A stretch of DNA of 61,844 nucleotides, the filler included, from Gonapodya sp. JEL0774 (taxonomy: Eukaryota): the NCBI GenBank assembly GCA_027604505.1. It is 22 parts of 22 records of this genome, joined end to end, with 100 filler letters (N's around TTAATTAATTAA, not from the genome) between each part and the next. Parts side by side here need not be neighbours in the genome. Positions count along the whole stretch, not along the records: positions 22,608 to 25,327 come from JADIIX010001728.1; positions 25,428 to 28,147 come from JADIIX010001729.1; positions 28,248 to 30,967 come from JADIIX010001730.1; positions 31,068 to 33,781 come from JADIIX010001731.1; positions 33,882 to 36,593 come from JADIIX010001732.1; positions 36,694 to 39,404 come from JADIIX010001733.1; 16 more parts are not named here. One strand, 5' to 3'. Shown here piece by piece: positions 24,171 to 39,404 of this stretch (within the stretch, counting starts at the first letter, position 1; every line of letters starts with the position of its first letter). The notes beneath the pieces were generated by a model. That model did no database searches. It was given only the letters and a program-made list of their open reading frames with translations, and had not been told where the DNA came from. A program made the translations under genes and the position numbers.

Positions 24171-25465
24171 TGGGAAAAACAGAGCCGTTACCATTCCAGG
24201 TAATTCATCGGTAATCTGCAGATTACCGTCCTGATACCCGCCCTCGTACCATCCATCGGTAATCTGGCGACTTCGCAGGATGGTAATGGGGGGTGGGTAT
24301 TTTTGGCAATATACCAAGTGGTAATATTGTGATTTTGATCGTCGTCCCAAAATGCCACGTTCGCGGTAATTTGAACTAAATTCTGCCGGAAATACCATTT
24401 TAGTACCATTTGTGTGGTAGAATTTGGTTTTCCATTGCCCGGAAGCATTTTTATATTCGTGGTAAACATCTATGTAGTACACGACGGCTCAACTACTATA
24501 TGAAGAAAACCACTCTGGCGCTAGAATACTCTGTTAAGTGAACAAATGATTCCAAAACAGCGATTCCTTGCCTGACTCACCTGCGTGCCCCATTCTGCCA
24601 CCATGCCTCGACAGGCGCTGACCCTGAATATACCCAACTCAATTGAGCGATGCTACGTTGCTTTAGTAGAGAGACAATTAACCCTTTCGCGACCAAGAGC
24701 CGCCACAGCGGCACTCCACAAAATCCCCTTCGCAAAATTCAACCGTGAACGTAGGCACTTGGCAGAAAATTGTTTTAGCTAGCAATTACATTGTATATTC
24801 AAGGAAAATCCCCAAATGGGCAGGTTCTATATATCATTTGTGCGCAGGAGGTGGTGGCAAGGGATGAGTCAGAGAGGCACTTGTTTGACACTCTTCGGCA
24901 AGTCCCAGTGCTACCCAGCTGTTTCAGTATACATATTCGGATTGTGGGACGTGGATTATAAGGTGCGCTGATTGGAATCGCGCTCTCATGGCAACTGATG
25001 CTGACGATTCCTCCCATGGGGATCGAAATCTACTCCCGGACCGTTGATTCGGATCCAATGATGGCTCAGGGCACTGCCAACGCTCTGATGGAATTACTAG
25101 CATCTCTGGGAAATGCTTTGCGCTGGTCAATACCCCCTCTGAGAGCAACTCGTGCCTCTTCCCCGAACGGCACAATCTCTGAACAACCAACATTGATGCC
25201 TTCGGTTACACCAACACCGTCCCACCCTGAGAGCCGGTCAATCAAGCGAGTTCGGCATTCGAATAAGCATGGATACACTCGGGAACAGTTGCGTGGTCGT
25301 CTTAATGCCGTCACAACTTCTGCCGGANNNNNNNNNNNNNNNNNNNNNNNNNNNNNNNNNNNNNNNNNNNNTTAATTAATTAANNNNNNNNNNNNNNNNN
25401 NNNNNNNNNNNNNNNNNNNNNNNNNNNCATCGCAGCAATTTCAATTCCAGTCATCGCTAGGTGAC

Positions 25466-27656
<2,191 letters not shown>

Positions 27657-28247
27657 ATTTGCGCTTGTTAACATGGCCTGCGAAGACCGTCCTCATCGGG
27701 CGCTAAATCGCTATACTCACAGCAATTCTCTTTCAGAAAGTTCACTTTTCAATGTCATTTGGCGTCGTAGCCTCGGTCTTGGAATCTAAGAACTTGTTCG
27801 GGGCATCTGTCTGGAGTTTCGAGTATTCGAGCATCAATTGCGGTGAAGGTGCTAGCCTGGATACGAATATTCTACATATGTTCGATACAGTATTGATAGT
27901 GATCGTTTTCGTAAATAGTGTTATTCATAAGATACGCAATTGCCATCCACAGTCACTGATCCCGGCTTCACCCCACCAAATGCCTAAAAAAACACCACGA
28001 GCACTCAAACTATTTCCCAACCATACTAGAATCAACCTCCACAATTCTCTCGACCTCCCTGACAACACCGGCTTCTCCAGCCGCACCACCGACACCGAGT
28101 CTCTCAACTACTTTCGTTTTCACAGCTATTTTTTCGCCTGCGGTACCNNNNNNNNNNNNNNNNNNNNNNNNNNNNNNNNNNNNNNNNNNNNTTAATTAAT
28201 TAANNNNNNNNNNNNNNNNNNNNNNNNNNNNNNNNNNNNNNNNNNNN

Positions 28248-30350
28248 TCAGCCTTCTCAGTGTCGCTTGTGTGTTCCGGATTGGATCACCTTCATTTCGC
28301 CTTGAGCATAAAAGAGCCATTACCGAACGATTGGCTCGTATCTTGCCTCAAGTTGTCGCTCAATCACCAACCCTAGACAAGTTGCAGACGTTGTTCCATG
28401 TCGCCATGCTCTTGATTCCCGGCGTGCACGTGAAACCTGCGACGGTCGCCATGGCAGAATGCATCGCAAATGCACGTGTGATGATAGCCAGTAGAGCTCT
28501 CACGCGAGGGGCTTCCTCACTACGAACTTGTGCGGAGATGTCATCTGGTGCTGGAATCGATAATTTCGGGCGGATTATCGCCGAAGAAGAAACAAGAACA
28601 TTCTGGCTCGCTGCATTCTTTGATAGAATGACGGCGGCTTGGATGAACAAAGCGTTTGTTGTTACCCCTCCCGAGCTCTTGGTGCTCCCAATGTGGGTCC
28701 CCGATTTTGTCCTCGTTTCATTTGTGAGCGCATCCATTTGGTGTTCACGTGTTCATTCTCTCATTTGCAGCCCCTGTCACGAATCATTGTGGTTACCAGA
28801 TTTCGATGCTTCGAGAACAACACCATCGATCGATCTCTCACAGATATTGATAAATGATGCAAACAGGATGATGTGGGAGGTCTCGGTTGAACAGTTTCTG
28901 GACCCAATCGGATGGCCGATTGAGAATACAAGGGTCTCTCTGATCGGATCACTCGCTCTATCAACAATTTTGGACGTCTATTGTTTCGGACAAGTGTTAG
29001 AGTACGTAAGTATTACATCGGTGGACTGATGAAAGTACCGTGGCAGTGTCTCAGCATGTCATTTCTGTCTTGCTGGTCAGCGTCAAAGACCGTCTGTCGG
29101 ACTGGGTAACACCATCACGTTTACCCTGACCACATGGCTCGGCCGCTTATACAATCTCCTGGGAGTGCCTGATCACGATGTTCCAAGTATGCCGTTTGGT
29201 GCATCGGACATGGTCCGTCCTGATCTTGTCACACAATCACCGTGGGCGTTTGTTCTCTTCGTTCAGTATCATTGCTTATGGGGGTTATGGCATGCACCTT
29301 TGCCAGCTTCGCCCGAAGTCCCAATTGAGGAGGTGAGCTTTCGTTTGAATGACTGAGTGACCGACGTGACCACAGGTCGGTGCATGTTAACTTTTCGCAA
29401 TGACTGTCTTTTTCAGTTTTTCTTTGATGGTAGCGACACCGCGCCGTTCATTCGTGCCTGGGTGACAAGTACCTCCTTTGTAGTTTGCCTCGATCACGTG
29501 CGCGTTGCAATCGCGTCGTTGGACGAGTTCATCATTATGTACGGCGAGAAGACGCTACAAGATCTGCTCTTCCCTGGAGGAGGATTCAATCGTGAGTTTG
29601 GATGTCGTGAAGTTCTGGTCGGTTTCCTCCTGCCAACAACGAACTCTTCATTGCTGTTTCCCGGCCAATTAATCAGTTGGCATAGCCGTCATTCCTCTCA
29701 TAATTGCGGTGAAGGAGGCGCTTCGAAACTACTCCGCATCAACAGCAACCGCAACTACGACTCATTCCGATTTGACGCCAGATGTTCTTCTCCACTTTGT
29801 GGCCCAAACTCGAGCTCAGATCACCACAGCTGCCAAGGTTTTGCGAATGATGACCAGGGGGAACGAGGACTCGTCCATGAAACGAGGAGTAGGTGAGTTT
29901 TGGAAAGGTGCACTGCTCCCTCCATAGTCTATCACACCAGTCCAACACACAAATTGCTTCTGATTCATCCACTCATCACCGTATTCCAAAGCCGCCGCCC
30001 GCCTCATCGAACGGTTGTTGGACGACGTGACCAACCCGGTGTCCCGTCCCGAGTCCAGCCGACTAGTGGATTGGGTGGCCGGAGAGTCCACGGGGATCCT
30101 CTGGCGCATGATTCAAGTCGGGTCGGGTGCTGCGGAGCCACAACATCTCGTGGCCGCGAACGTGGGATGTTCGGATGTTGATGGGACGGGCATGGTCTCG
30201 GTTTCGGACAGCGACGGGATCGGGAACGGGAACCCGAGGTCGGTGAGTGAGGCGGTGTCTACGAGATTTGTGGAGCCTGCCTTGAGATGGAACACGGAGG
30301 GGATCGTGGATATTGGTTTGGATGTTATTCAACGGCACTTGATGCGATGA
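28248..30350 (+). CDS. Fungal-specific transcription factor, middle-homology/C-terminal region (5' partial)
   Basis: TLDKLQTLFHVAM...AEEETRTFWLAAFFDRMTAAWMNKAFVV matches the Fungal_trans EE.RR.FW....D pattern. Multi-exon, ending at 30350. Confidence 0.7.
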
Positions 30351-30714
30351 TGATGTGGCATAAGACGAGTAAGCACGCCTTCCTGGCCAACTTTGCATGA
30401 CCGTAGCAATGGATTGTACCTTTCGTAACAATATTTTGCGATTAAGTCTTGTGATGTACATAACATAAAGTATTATATGTGCTCTCGGTTGGTGACTTTG
30501 TTGGGGTAATCAGGAAGAATGGGGCAGCAGAATGTAACGGGAAGAACACAATGATGGCGGAAACGGATCGAATATTTAAAACAGAAGTACAAAACAAAAT
30601 CTCAACATCTAATCCAACACCAATGCCCCGAGCGCCTGTCCACGCTCGTGTGCCCAGTCCACCCTCTCGACGGAGAAGGTGCTCGACCGGCTGCCAAATG
30701 CGACACCTTGGCCT

Positions 30715-30967
30715 TCATAGTTTGGCATTTTCCTCCCAGCACACGAGCACCCTCACTTCGATGCTCTCTCGCGGTGGAGCGGCTGACGGGGCAGTGGGGT
30801 CCGAGAAGGCGCTGTGGGGGACGAACCTAACAGGAAATTGGGAGTGGAGCGATGTGAGACGCACGTCGTTATAACACGTCATCGCAGAGTCCCCTATCAC
30901 AACCACACAACTAACCCCGCTTTGCTCCAGTCACTCTCAAAAGTCTTGATCAAGTAGGCTTCCTCCG
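30715..30967 (-). CDS. CmcJ/AsaB/GA4-desaturase-like oxidoreductase, C-terminus (5' partial)
   Basis: EEAYLIKTF...VRFVPHSAFSDPTAPSAAPPRESIEVRVLV is the family's C-terminal PH.AF.DP...PRESIEVR motif. Confidence 0.8.
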
Positions 30968-31606
30968 NNNNNNNNNNNNNNNNNNNNNNNNNNNNNNNNN
31001 NNNNNNNNNNNTTAATTAATTAANNNNNNNNNNNNNNNNNNNNNNNNNNNNNNNNNNNNNNNNNNNNTGAGCATGAAAGCCGTGTACCTCCGCTTGTTTG
31101 CACTTTCCACTTGAGCATCAGGACCGGGGAAGTCTTCCAGCGTTCCTCATAGTCACCCGTTACTTTATATTTCGATGTACCATACTACCTCGCTCATCGT
31201 TTTCGCGTTTTCACACGATTAGACCCCTGTCCGAGGCTGAAAAAGAGGCGATGAGGGCACGGGATGCGAAGTTGAAGGCGCTGGAGTTCCACCAGGAGTG
31301 AAAGGTGGCATGGGTGAGAAGTGATTCTGGTCTCCATCTCATAACCACTCTTGACTGACCACTGTTCTCTTTGGGGTCATCGTCCTCACTGCCACTCGTC
31401 ATGTTGCTGTGCTGATGCGTTCTCGTAGATTTTTCTAGATGGAATCTGTCTGTATCAAATATATGTATCCAGTCGGTCTTCCTTTACATATCGCTCTCTC
31501 TGTGCTCGTCTGTTCCTTTGTGTTGTTGGGTGCACTGGTTCGGTGGTTCCGGCCACTGAAGGATTGATCACACAACTCGACCACTTGTTCGTGGAGGATC
31601 ATCACG

Positions 31607-33781
31607 ATGGCGATGCCGAAGAGATCCAATCGTCCTCGACCATCATATGCCCAACTTTTCTCTTGTACCATGGCGGTTTTGGCATCAATTGCGTCAGCGA
31701 TTCCAAATGACGCGGCTTTGGCGGCCCATAATCGCTCACTTTTGCATGGGACATATCTCCCCAATCTGGTGGGCAAAGATTGAGCTTGTGATATGGTGGA
31801 GATTGCATGAGAACTAGAACTGTTTTACTTCTTGTGACTTCACACGTGAAGTACTTTGGAACGAAAACGAGGTTACCAGTTGATGGTATTCGCACGGGAT
31901 TAATGTGGTTTGGAGTGGGCGAAGAAAATTATAACGGCCTGAATAGTGAGTTTTCTTCGGCTGGACTATCGTGTTGATTCCGTTCGTTGCTGAAGGCTGC
32001 TCGTCATGCTGTTTAAGACATCAGGCACACCTCAGAACAAGACGAAAAACGTGGCAGCTATGGATGGGAGCTTCACGACGGTCGAACATTTGGGACGCAA
32101 TGGATGGAAGATCTCGAAAACAATGCGAAATTGCGGACGGACTTCGTCAAGTTTCATGATTCAGGGCAGAGTAAGTGCTGCACGAAGTACGAACAGGGGA
32201 AACCGAAACGAGAGTCACATTATTCTGTATGAACTAGCGGGTGATTGGGGTGTTCGGATATCCGGCGAAAGTATTCGGAGAGAAGGTCAGTACTCTGTTG
32301 TCAGGGCCGGCGTCGCTTGTATGTTCTCCACGCTGACTGCCCTGACTCTCCTCGTCACACAGCAAGCGCAAAGTTATCACTCATATATTATATCGCCTTG
32401 GAGGGTGAAGGGAAATTGCGCTTAAGGAACAAGGATTTCCAGCAGGTGTGTGCTGGAGATTTTGTTCGCCATAATTGGCATAGAAAAGTCGACCCTGCTC
32501 CAGGATCCCGAGGTGCCTGCCATCATTGAAGGAGAAACACCGTCGCTGGGACGCTTTTCGCTGTCCATTTTTGATAGTGCGTGTTCTTGATTTAGTTTCG
32601 CTTTCACAATAAACGATTGACGTCGTGAACCTCGAGGTGTGGATAACCAGACACCTTACGAAACCGACAACACTGACGATGATTTTCCTGAGCTCCCGGA
32701 TATTAATCAGGCCCATTTTCTTGGAAAGCGGATTGATCCCTCCGAGGCATGGCAAGCTAAGAGTATGTGGAGACTATGTCACTTCAGTTTCGTCTCACTT
32801 TGAATCTCACTTGCAATGCAGCATTTGTGCAGCAAGAGCTCGCAGAGAATGCACAGACGATATATTCGTCCCTTAACATTGCAGGAGACGCGAAACCACC
32901 GCACCCGGGATATCTATTCACACTCCCGGATTCTATCGAGGAGGAATCGAATATCGTGTTTTTCCAGATTTCTGTGCGGGCCCCTTTCCAGGTGAACTTA
33001 TTTGTTTGACTGATTGCCGAATGGGATGCTGACTTTAAAAATTGTTGCAATTTCGCAGCTGAATGCAGTGTTTCTGACAGAGAGCTCGACGTCTGACGCA
33101 GTCAAAATAGGCGAGTTCGTGTCTCCCTTTGGTTGGCGTCCTTGACTTTAAGTGTCCTCTTTGAATATGCACGTAGGGACATCACGTCGAGATGCCATTC
33201 CTAACATCATCAAAAAAAGGACCGAAGCCTTCAGCAATAAATTCAAAACTATTTTTAAACTCTCCCGGACTTTCAACGATGACCAGATCAAATTCGGCAA
33301 ATACGCGCTCTCTAACCTATTTGGTGGGGTTGGGTATGTCGTCTGAGTCACGAAGCACACTATCGACTCAACCTGATCACGCAAGTTTGACACTTTTGGA
33401 AATTTAGCTACTTTTACGGAGACAGTGTGAACGTTCGAGAGGGATTTGGGGTGGATCCACCCCCAGGGTCCCTCGAGCCTGTGGAGGCCCACGCGTTGTT
33501 TGCATCAGTTCCTTGTCGGCCTTTCTTCCCTCGTGGATTTTTGTGGGATGAAGGCTTTCAGCTCTTGATAATCCAAGCTTGGGATACAAGTTTTAGGTAT
33601 GTTCATGTCTTCATCGCCAAGAAGTGAAAATTCAGGTTTCGCTCCGCTCCAGCTTGGACATTCTTCAACACTGGACCTCTCTTATAGATCAGAATGGGTG
33701 GGTCGGTCGAGAGCAAATACTTGGAGCTGAAGCTCGGAGCCGGGTAAGTTAATTGAAGGGAATAGCAGTGAGAAGGTTTGC
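31607..33781 (+). CDS. CWH41: Mannosyl-oligosaccharide glucosidase I (GH63; 3' partial)
   Basis: [20 protein letters not shown]...[60 protein letters not shown] and [21 protein letters not shown]. Confidence 0.93.
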
Positions 33782-33881
33782 NNNNNNNNNNNNNNNNNNN
33801 NNNNNNNNNNNNNNNNNNNNNNNNNTTAATTAATTAANNNNNNNNNNNNNNNNNNNNNNNNNNNNNNNNNNNNNNNNNNNN

Positions 33882-36593
33882 CTTCCCGGGTGCTTAACTC
33901 AGCTGTGAGACTTGCCAGTTGGTCTTTCAGAGTAGTATTCCGAGCTGCAGTCTCCATTGCTGCCTTCTCCACATCGGCGAGTTTGTTTTCCTTTGTCGCG
34001 AGCTCAGTTTTCAATTTCGAAACACTTTGCTCGCTCGCTGCACACTGGAACAATGCATTCGCAAGTTTGCTTTCGAAGGTCCCCAGCTTCTCTGAGTTCG
34101 TCACCAACTCCGCCTTCACAGCCTCTAAGGACGAAAGAGCCCGATCTCTTGACTCACTAGCTATTCGTTCCATATCGAGCATCCGTTGGCCCTCGACTCG
34201 CAATGCCTCCAGTTCTTCCTCTAATTCTTGAATTTGACTCACGGTTTCGGCCGCCCGATGTTTGATTTCTAGTTCCCTAGCTTCGTTCAACTTCACTACA
34301 TCAGCCCTGGACTGTGAAAGCTCTCGCTCCAAACGCTGGGAATCCTCCGTCATCGTCATCATTAGCTCACGCATCTCTTCGAGTCTCTCGGTAGCTTCAC
34401 CGGCTTTCCTATCTGCTGCGACCATCCGTCCTTCCATTGCTCTCCATTCAGCTTCGATCTCCTCCATTTGCTCTTTTAAATCCGAGAGCTCCTGCTCTTT
34501 GGTGGCCAATTGTTTCGCGAGGAGATCGGATCCCGTGGCGCCAGAGCGCAAAGAAACGAGATCCTCATCACGGGCGGCTAGCTCCGACCGAGCATGACTG
34601 AGATGACGATCTAGCTCTGCAGTACGAGCTGTGGTTGCATTGTGAGACGCTTGAAGGTCGGCCAGCGCGGAATCTCTGGAAGCCAGATCAGCAGAGAGCT
34701 GGGCGACTTTGTCTTCTAGTGATGAAATATCGGAGGTGCAAGTAGCCAATCGAGATCGAAGGTCTGAAATGGTTGAATCCTTGATCCCAAGTTGGCTCGT
34801 AGACTCGGTGAGTTGTTGGACCAGTTGCGAAAGCCTGGCATTCGAATCTGCGATTTGCTTCTCATGGTCGGCCTTGATCGCATCCGAAGCAACCGCAAGA
34901 TCCGATAACTGGCTCTCCAGCTCGGTCACGGTGGCGTTGTGATTCTCGGCTGCTTGTCCAAGCTCTGCTTCCAATTCGGCAACTCTCCTAGACGCTTCAT
35001 CTGCCTTTGAAAGGAGATGCGCTTGCTTCTCCCTCGCAATCACCAGATCAGACTCTCTATCATGAGCCAGTGATCTTAACTCGTCGCGGTCCTTCCTCAT
35101 ATTTTCCATCTCGACTTGCAGCTCTTCTATTCGAGACTGAGAGGAGCTACACCGAGATGCCAAAGTGTCCCTCTCCACCAGGGCCGCCGTGAGCGCTGCT
35201 TTTTCTTCTAAAACGCTGTTTTGGGCGACCCTAAGTTGCGAACTAACCTCGTTCAATCTGGCGTCCATTTCATCCAACACAGCATCCTTGTCTCCAATGG
35301 CGATCAGAATGCTGTCCCTTTCCTCCAGCGCCAATTTCAGTCTCCTCGCCATGTCCCGTTCTGTCTCCTGTGCAGCTTCGAGGGCGATCTTGACTGCGGA
35401 TAGCTCGGCCTCACGGGACTCCGCCGAAGTTTTGCGTGCATCGTCCTGGGCTGCATGCAGCCGACCGAGATCATCTCGAGCCGCCAAGAGCTCTTCTTCT
35501 TTCTTTTTGAATCGCAGTTCCATTTCCGCAACTTGTGACTCCGCCGCTCGCAAGTGTTCTTCGAGCTCCAGCACCGTTGAGCTTCGCGTCGCAGCTTCGC
35601 CGTCAAGGACCCTGGCTCTCTCGGTAATTTCCGCTAACTCGTGATCTTTCACCGCAATCTCACCCTCTCGTTCCACCAGCCGCGCCTCCAGCTCCGCGAT
35701 CTTCGCTTCGTGAGTGCTGGCCTCTGTGCGAAGCCGTTCTCCCTCCCGGGTCAACTCACTCAACTGACTCTCGTGGGCAGTTCGATGAGCGTCCCGTTCG
35801 TGTACCTGAGCTTCCTGACGCGCAGTCTGGGCCCGAAGAGTGGCAAGCTCGGATTCCGCAGTGTTCAGTCGCTCTCGAATTGTGTGTACTTCATCCGTCT
35901 GAGCCGTGGCAGCCGTGAAATGGCTCTCCAGCTCGGACTGCAAATCGCTCAGACGAGAGGTAGCGGTGGAAAGTTCCGCCTCGAGTTTGGCGGTTTCCGA
36001 GGACGCTTCCGCTGTTCTCACGGACCTTTCTGCCTCCAGCTTCTTGACACATGCTTCTGACTCCATCACACGAGACCTTGCACCCGTCAATTCGGACTCC
36101 AACTCCTCTAGGCGAACAATGGTGGCCTTGTTCCTCTCCTCTAACGACGAAAGATGAGCGATCCGTTCTTCCAACTCCGTCACTTTACTCGTAGCCACTC
36201 CAAGTTCCACTTCCAGCGTTGCCGCTCGGTCCGCTGCCTGCTGCAAGATTTCAAATTCGGAGTCTTTGGCAGCGGTATCGGCGGTGTGCTGAGAGAGCAA
36301 GGTTTCCAAGTCCTTGACCCGAGACATCGAGGCGGAAAGCCGTGTCTCCAGTTCAGTGGATCTCTGAGAATCCTGGAGAAGATGGTCCTCTGCGTTCTTG
36401 GCGACCTGAGCCTCCAACTCAGCCACTCGGGTATTGGCAGAGTGGAGTTCCTCTTCCAGAGCCGTCACACGCTCTCCGTCCTTGGTGAAGGCTGCGACCT
36501 GGCCCTCCAAGTCCGGTAGCCTTGTGTGGGCAACACCCAACTCCACTTCGAGCGTTGCCGCGCGATCCGCAGCTTGCTGGAGCTCCGTAAACT
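33882..36593 (-). CDS. Internal exon of a very long coiled-coil protein (open at both ends)
   Basis: About 900 codons without a stop, E/L/A/R/S-rich heptads, and an internal repeat QQAADRAATLEVELGVA. Confidence 0.85.
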
Positions 36594-36693
36594 NNNNNNN
36601 NNNNNNNNNNNNNNNNNNNNNNNNNNNNNNNNNNNNNTTAATTAATTAANNNNNNNNNNNNNNNNNNNNNNNNNNNNNNNNNNNNNNNNNNNN

Positions 36694-37667
36694 CAGGCGA
36701 ACGGCCACTCCTACCAACGATAGAAGTTCCGGACGTGGTCGACGATTCCACCTACTCTGGTGATGCAGGCCCGGGTCAACTCATCGGGGACAATCTAACC
36801 ATTGCAGAGTTCCTCGATGCCCGATTTCCGGACAAGTCTTCGCTTTTTCTGCCGTGGCTTCCTTTAGGCACCGTTCCGGACACCTCTAGTCCAGAGTTCG
36901 CGCAAGCTCATACCATGGCACGGTTCATCAAAGAAGGCCTCGGGAACTCAGACTCCCAGTGGGCAAGTCACTTCGAGCTGACATACGAACAGTTAACGGA
37001 CATGCACGACGACGAATCACGAGATTACTTGAGATCCGACTATAAGATGGGCTTCGTAGGGGCTTGGGATTGGTTGATGAACAAAGACAGAGGTATTTTA
37101 AGAGCCTGCTAAACATTCCCTTGGTATCGATCCTAAACTTGACATTGATCAATGCAGCTGCTCTTCTTGCGCAAACTCGTCGCTCCCTTCTTCCATTGTC
37201 CAACATACTTTGCCCTCAGGCTCGTCCAAGGTTTTCCGGATCTTCACCGCCGCCACTCGTCCGCCCCAAAACACAGCCACTCTTTCTATCCAGCCTACAT
37301 GCGCCTGGCATTCTTGACTACATTGTGTTTGCTCGGTGCGTCTACTCACGACAGTGCGATGTCGCTCTTAACAAGGGAATTTGGTCAAGAACCGGCGATG
37401 CGGCGAGGGAGTGGCTTGACAGTTATCACGATGGAAAATGGGCGCTCACCGGAAAGGACAGAGAACCTGGATCATGGTTCGGAGATGTCGAGCTTCCGGG
37501 CGTTGAAGATTGGGTCGAGAGAGTGAGTTATAATCCCATCCTCGCAAATAAGCTCCACGTTCGTCTAGTGAGCGGTTAACGATACTCAACAGATGTACGA
37601 CCTCCATGATGGGTATATGCGCAAGTTCGTTGATGGTGATAAATTGCCGGGGGAGCCAGTCATGTGA
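36694..37667 (+). CDS. Glutathione S-transferase-like protein (UstS/LigE-like; 5' partial)
   Basis: PTIEV...LIGDNLTIAEFLDARFPD is the end of a GST N-domain. FLSSLHAPGILDYIVFA carries the GST-C N-cap motif, and the protein ends VEDWVER|MYDLHDGY. Confidence 0.75.
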
Positions 37668-37816
37668 ATGCGAAGCAGTACAAACGATCACTGTGAAGCT
37701 GAGAGCAACCAGTACTTCGAATTCTTTTTGCACTGGAACCGACTACATATGAGAATGACGCAGTACGCGTATGCCGAAATAAGTATTATATATGTGCAAC
37801 CTTCCCAGATCCAAGC

Positions 37817-39404
37817 TCAGTTCCTCGAAGACCCAACACCTGGCCAGATTTGCACAGATGAGATTGTGTGACTTCCAGACCTGCCGTGAGAACTCAAAAC
37901 ACCTGTCGAGGGGTCATCCACCTCACTGTCAGAGCCTAGTGCTCCCCAGACCTCCCTCTCCCCCGCATTGGACATGGTCCTCCTCGTTCGGGTGCTCCGT
38001 ATCCCTGATGTGCGGGGAGCAGCTTCGGCTGCCGGTGCTGCTGCAAGTTGGGCGGGGCGCCACTCGGAACCCGCACCATACCCTGTTTCGCCTAGATCTC
38101 TCTCTGCATGGTCTTGCGAGAACCCCCGCACACGAGATCGAGCAGACTCCAATGCGCTTGACGAACTCCCCTCGGGTGCGGAATTTATTTCCTCCATTCT
38201 CAACCACGGTTTTCTTTCGGTCTCATCATCCACGTACTCGGCGGCTTGGGCGAGCGGCTCTGACGACTTTCCAACAGGTGACATGGGACGCCGTGAGCGA
38301 GACTTCATGTAATCTTTTTTCCTTGCCGCGCGTTCCGTGCGACGCCTCTCACGCTCCGTCTTGTTTCGTCGGTAATACCACCATGCTGCGATAGCGGCGA
38401 TAATAATGAGTAACAGTCCCGCTGCGATGGGTGCGAAGATCTTGGCGACACCAGATGGAGTGGAAAGGATTGACACCGATGTCTCTACGCAAGTGATGTT
38501 CTGTCTGGCGTCGATAAAGGTGGATGAGAAGTTGCCAGCGGGGCATAGAGATGAAGTTATGTTCGATGAAAGCTCAGCTGCATTAAGGGACAGAGGATTT
38601 GCTGGTGCGAAGGCATTCTGGGTGAAGAGTGAGACTACTCACCCGTCGCCACATTGCGAAGCCACATTCTACGCCATGTAGGGTTCATTGCAGGGTAGAA
38701 AACGTGCGCGAGATCTTGCTGAAGATCCTCGGGCATCGCGAGGCGGGACTGGTCGAAGTCTTGCGTCCAAATCAATTCAGGCCGCAGTCATAATTCACAG
38801 GTTGTCAATCAAGAAATGCAAGGTCCTTACCATCCGCGCCAGCCAGGTTGCGCATTCCGTCCGTTCGATACACGCGCTTGTTGGCCAAGAAACGGAATCG
38901 AGAGGTATCTGAATCCTTGAATCCATATACTCTCATCACATCGGCAAGAGTCGATACTCCCGGAGTCTCGTCAATGAGAACATCAACAGCGAGGAGGGAC
39001 GAGGTGTCTGCTGTAGGCGTAGTGAGGATAATGGGGGCAGCACCTAAATGGGGGATGGGCGGCTGTCAGTGATGGATCGCCGAAGAGCTGAATCTCAAGG
39101 ACGAAGCCTGGAAGGATAAATTAAGATCTGACCTGAATCGAGCAACATCTTCTCCTTATAATCAGAGTCGGTCATGGAGATCTGTCCCTGGGAGTTCATT
39201 CCAACCCACGCTACCACCAACTTTCCCCCTGCCAGTTGAGCTGCAGTATCTGCTGCTTGCGCTGCACAGCGGTACAGCGACGTTGCCTTGTCCATTAATG
39301 TTTGAGCGCTTTCTTCGATGTTGAAAAAGGCGGATAAAGGAAGGAAAAACGATTCGAGCTTGGCCAAGGGGTATGATGAGGTATTGGTGTGGAGCTGTGG
39401 GAGA
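37817..39404 (-). CDS. Single-pass type I membrane protein, unknown (5' partial)
   Basis: Spliced luminal region with N-glycosylation sequons (NFS, NIT), TM helix IFAPIAAGLLLIIIAAIAAWWYY followed by RRNK, and a disordered tail. Confidence 0.7.

Noticed and set aside
24998..25327. ORF running into the contig end
   Set aside because: No recognisable motif, and the upstream frame contains stops.
33890..36519. Many Ser-rich plus-strand ORFs
   Set aside because: They are antisense shadows of the coiled-coil exon.
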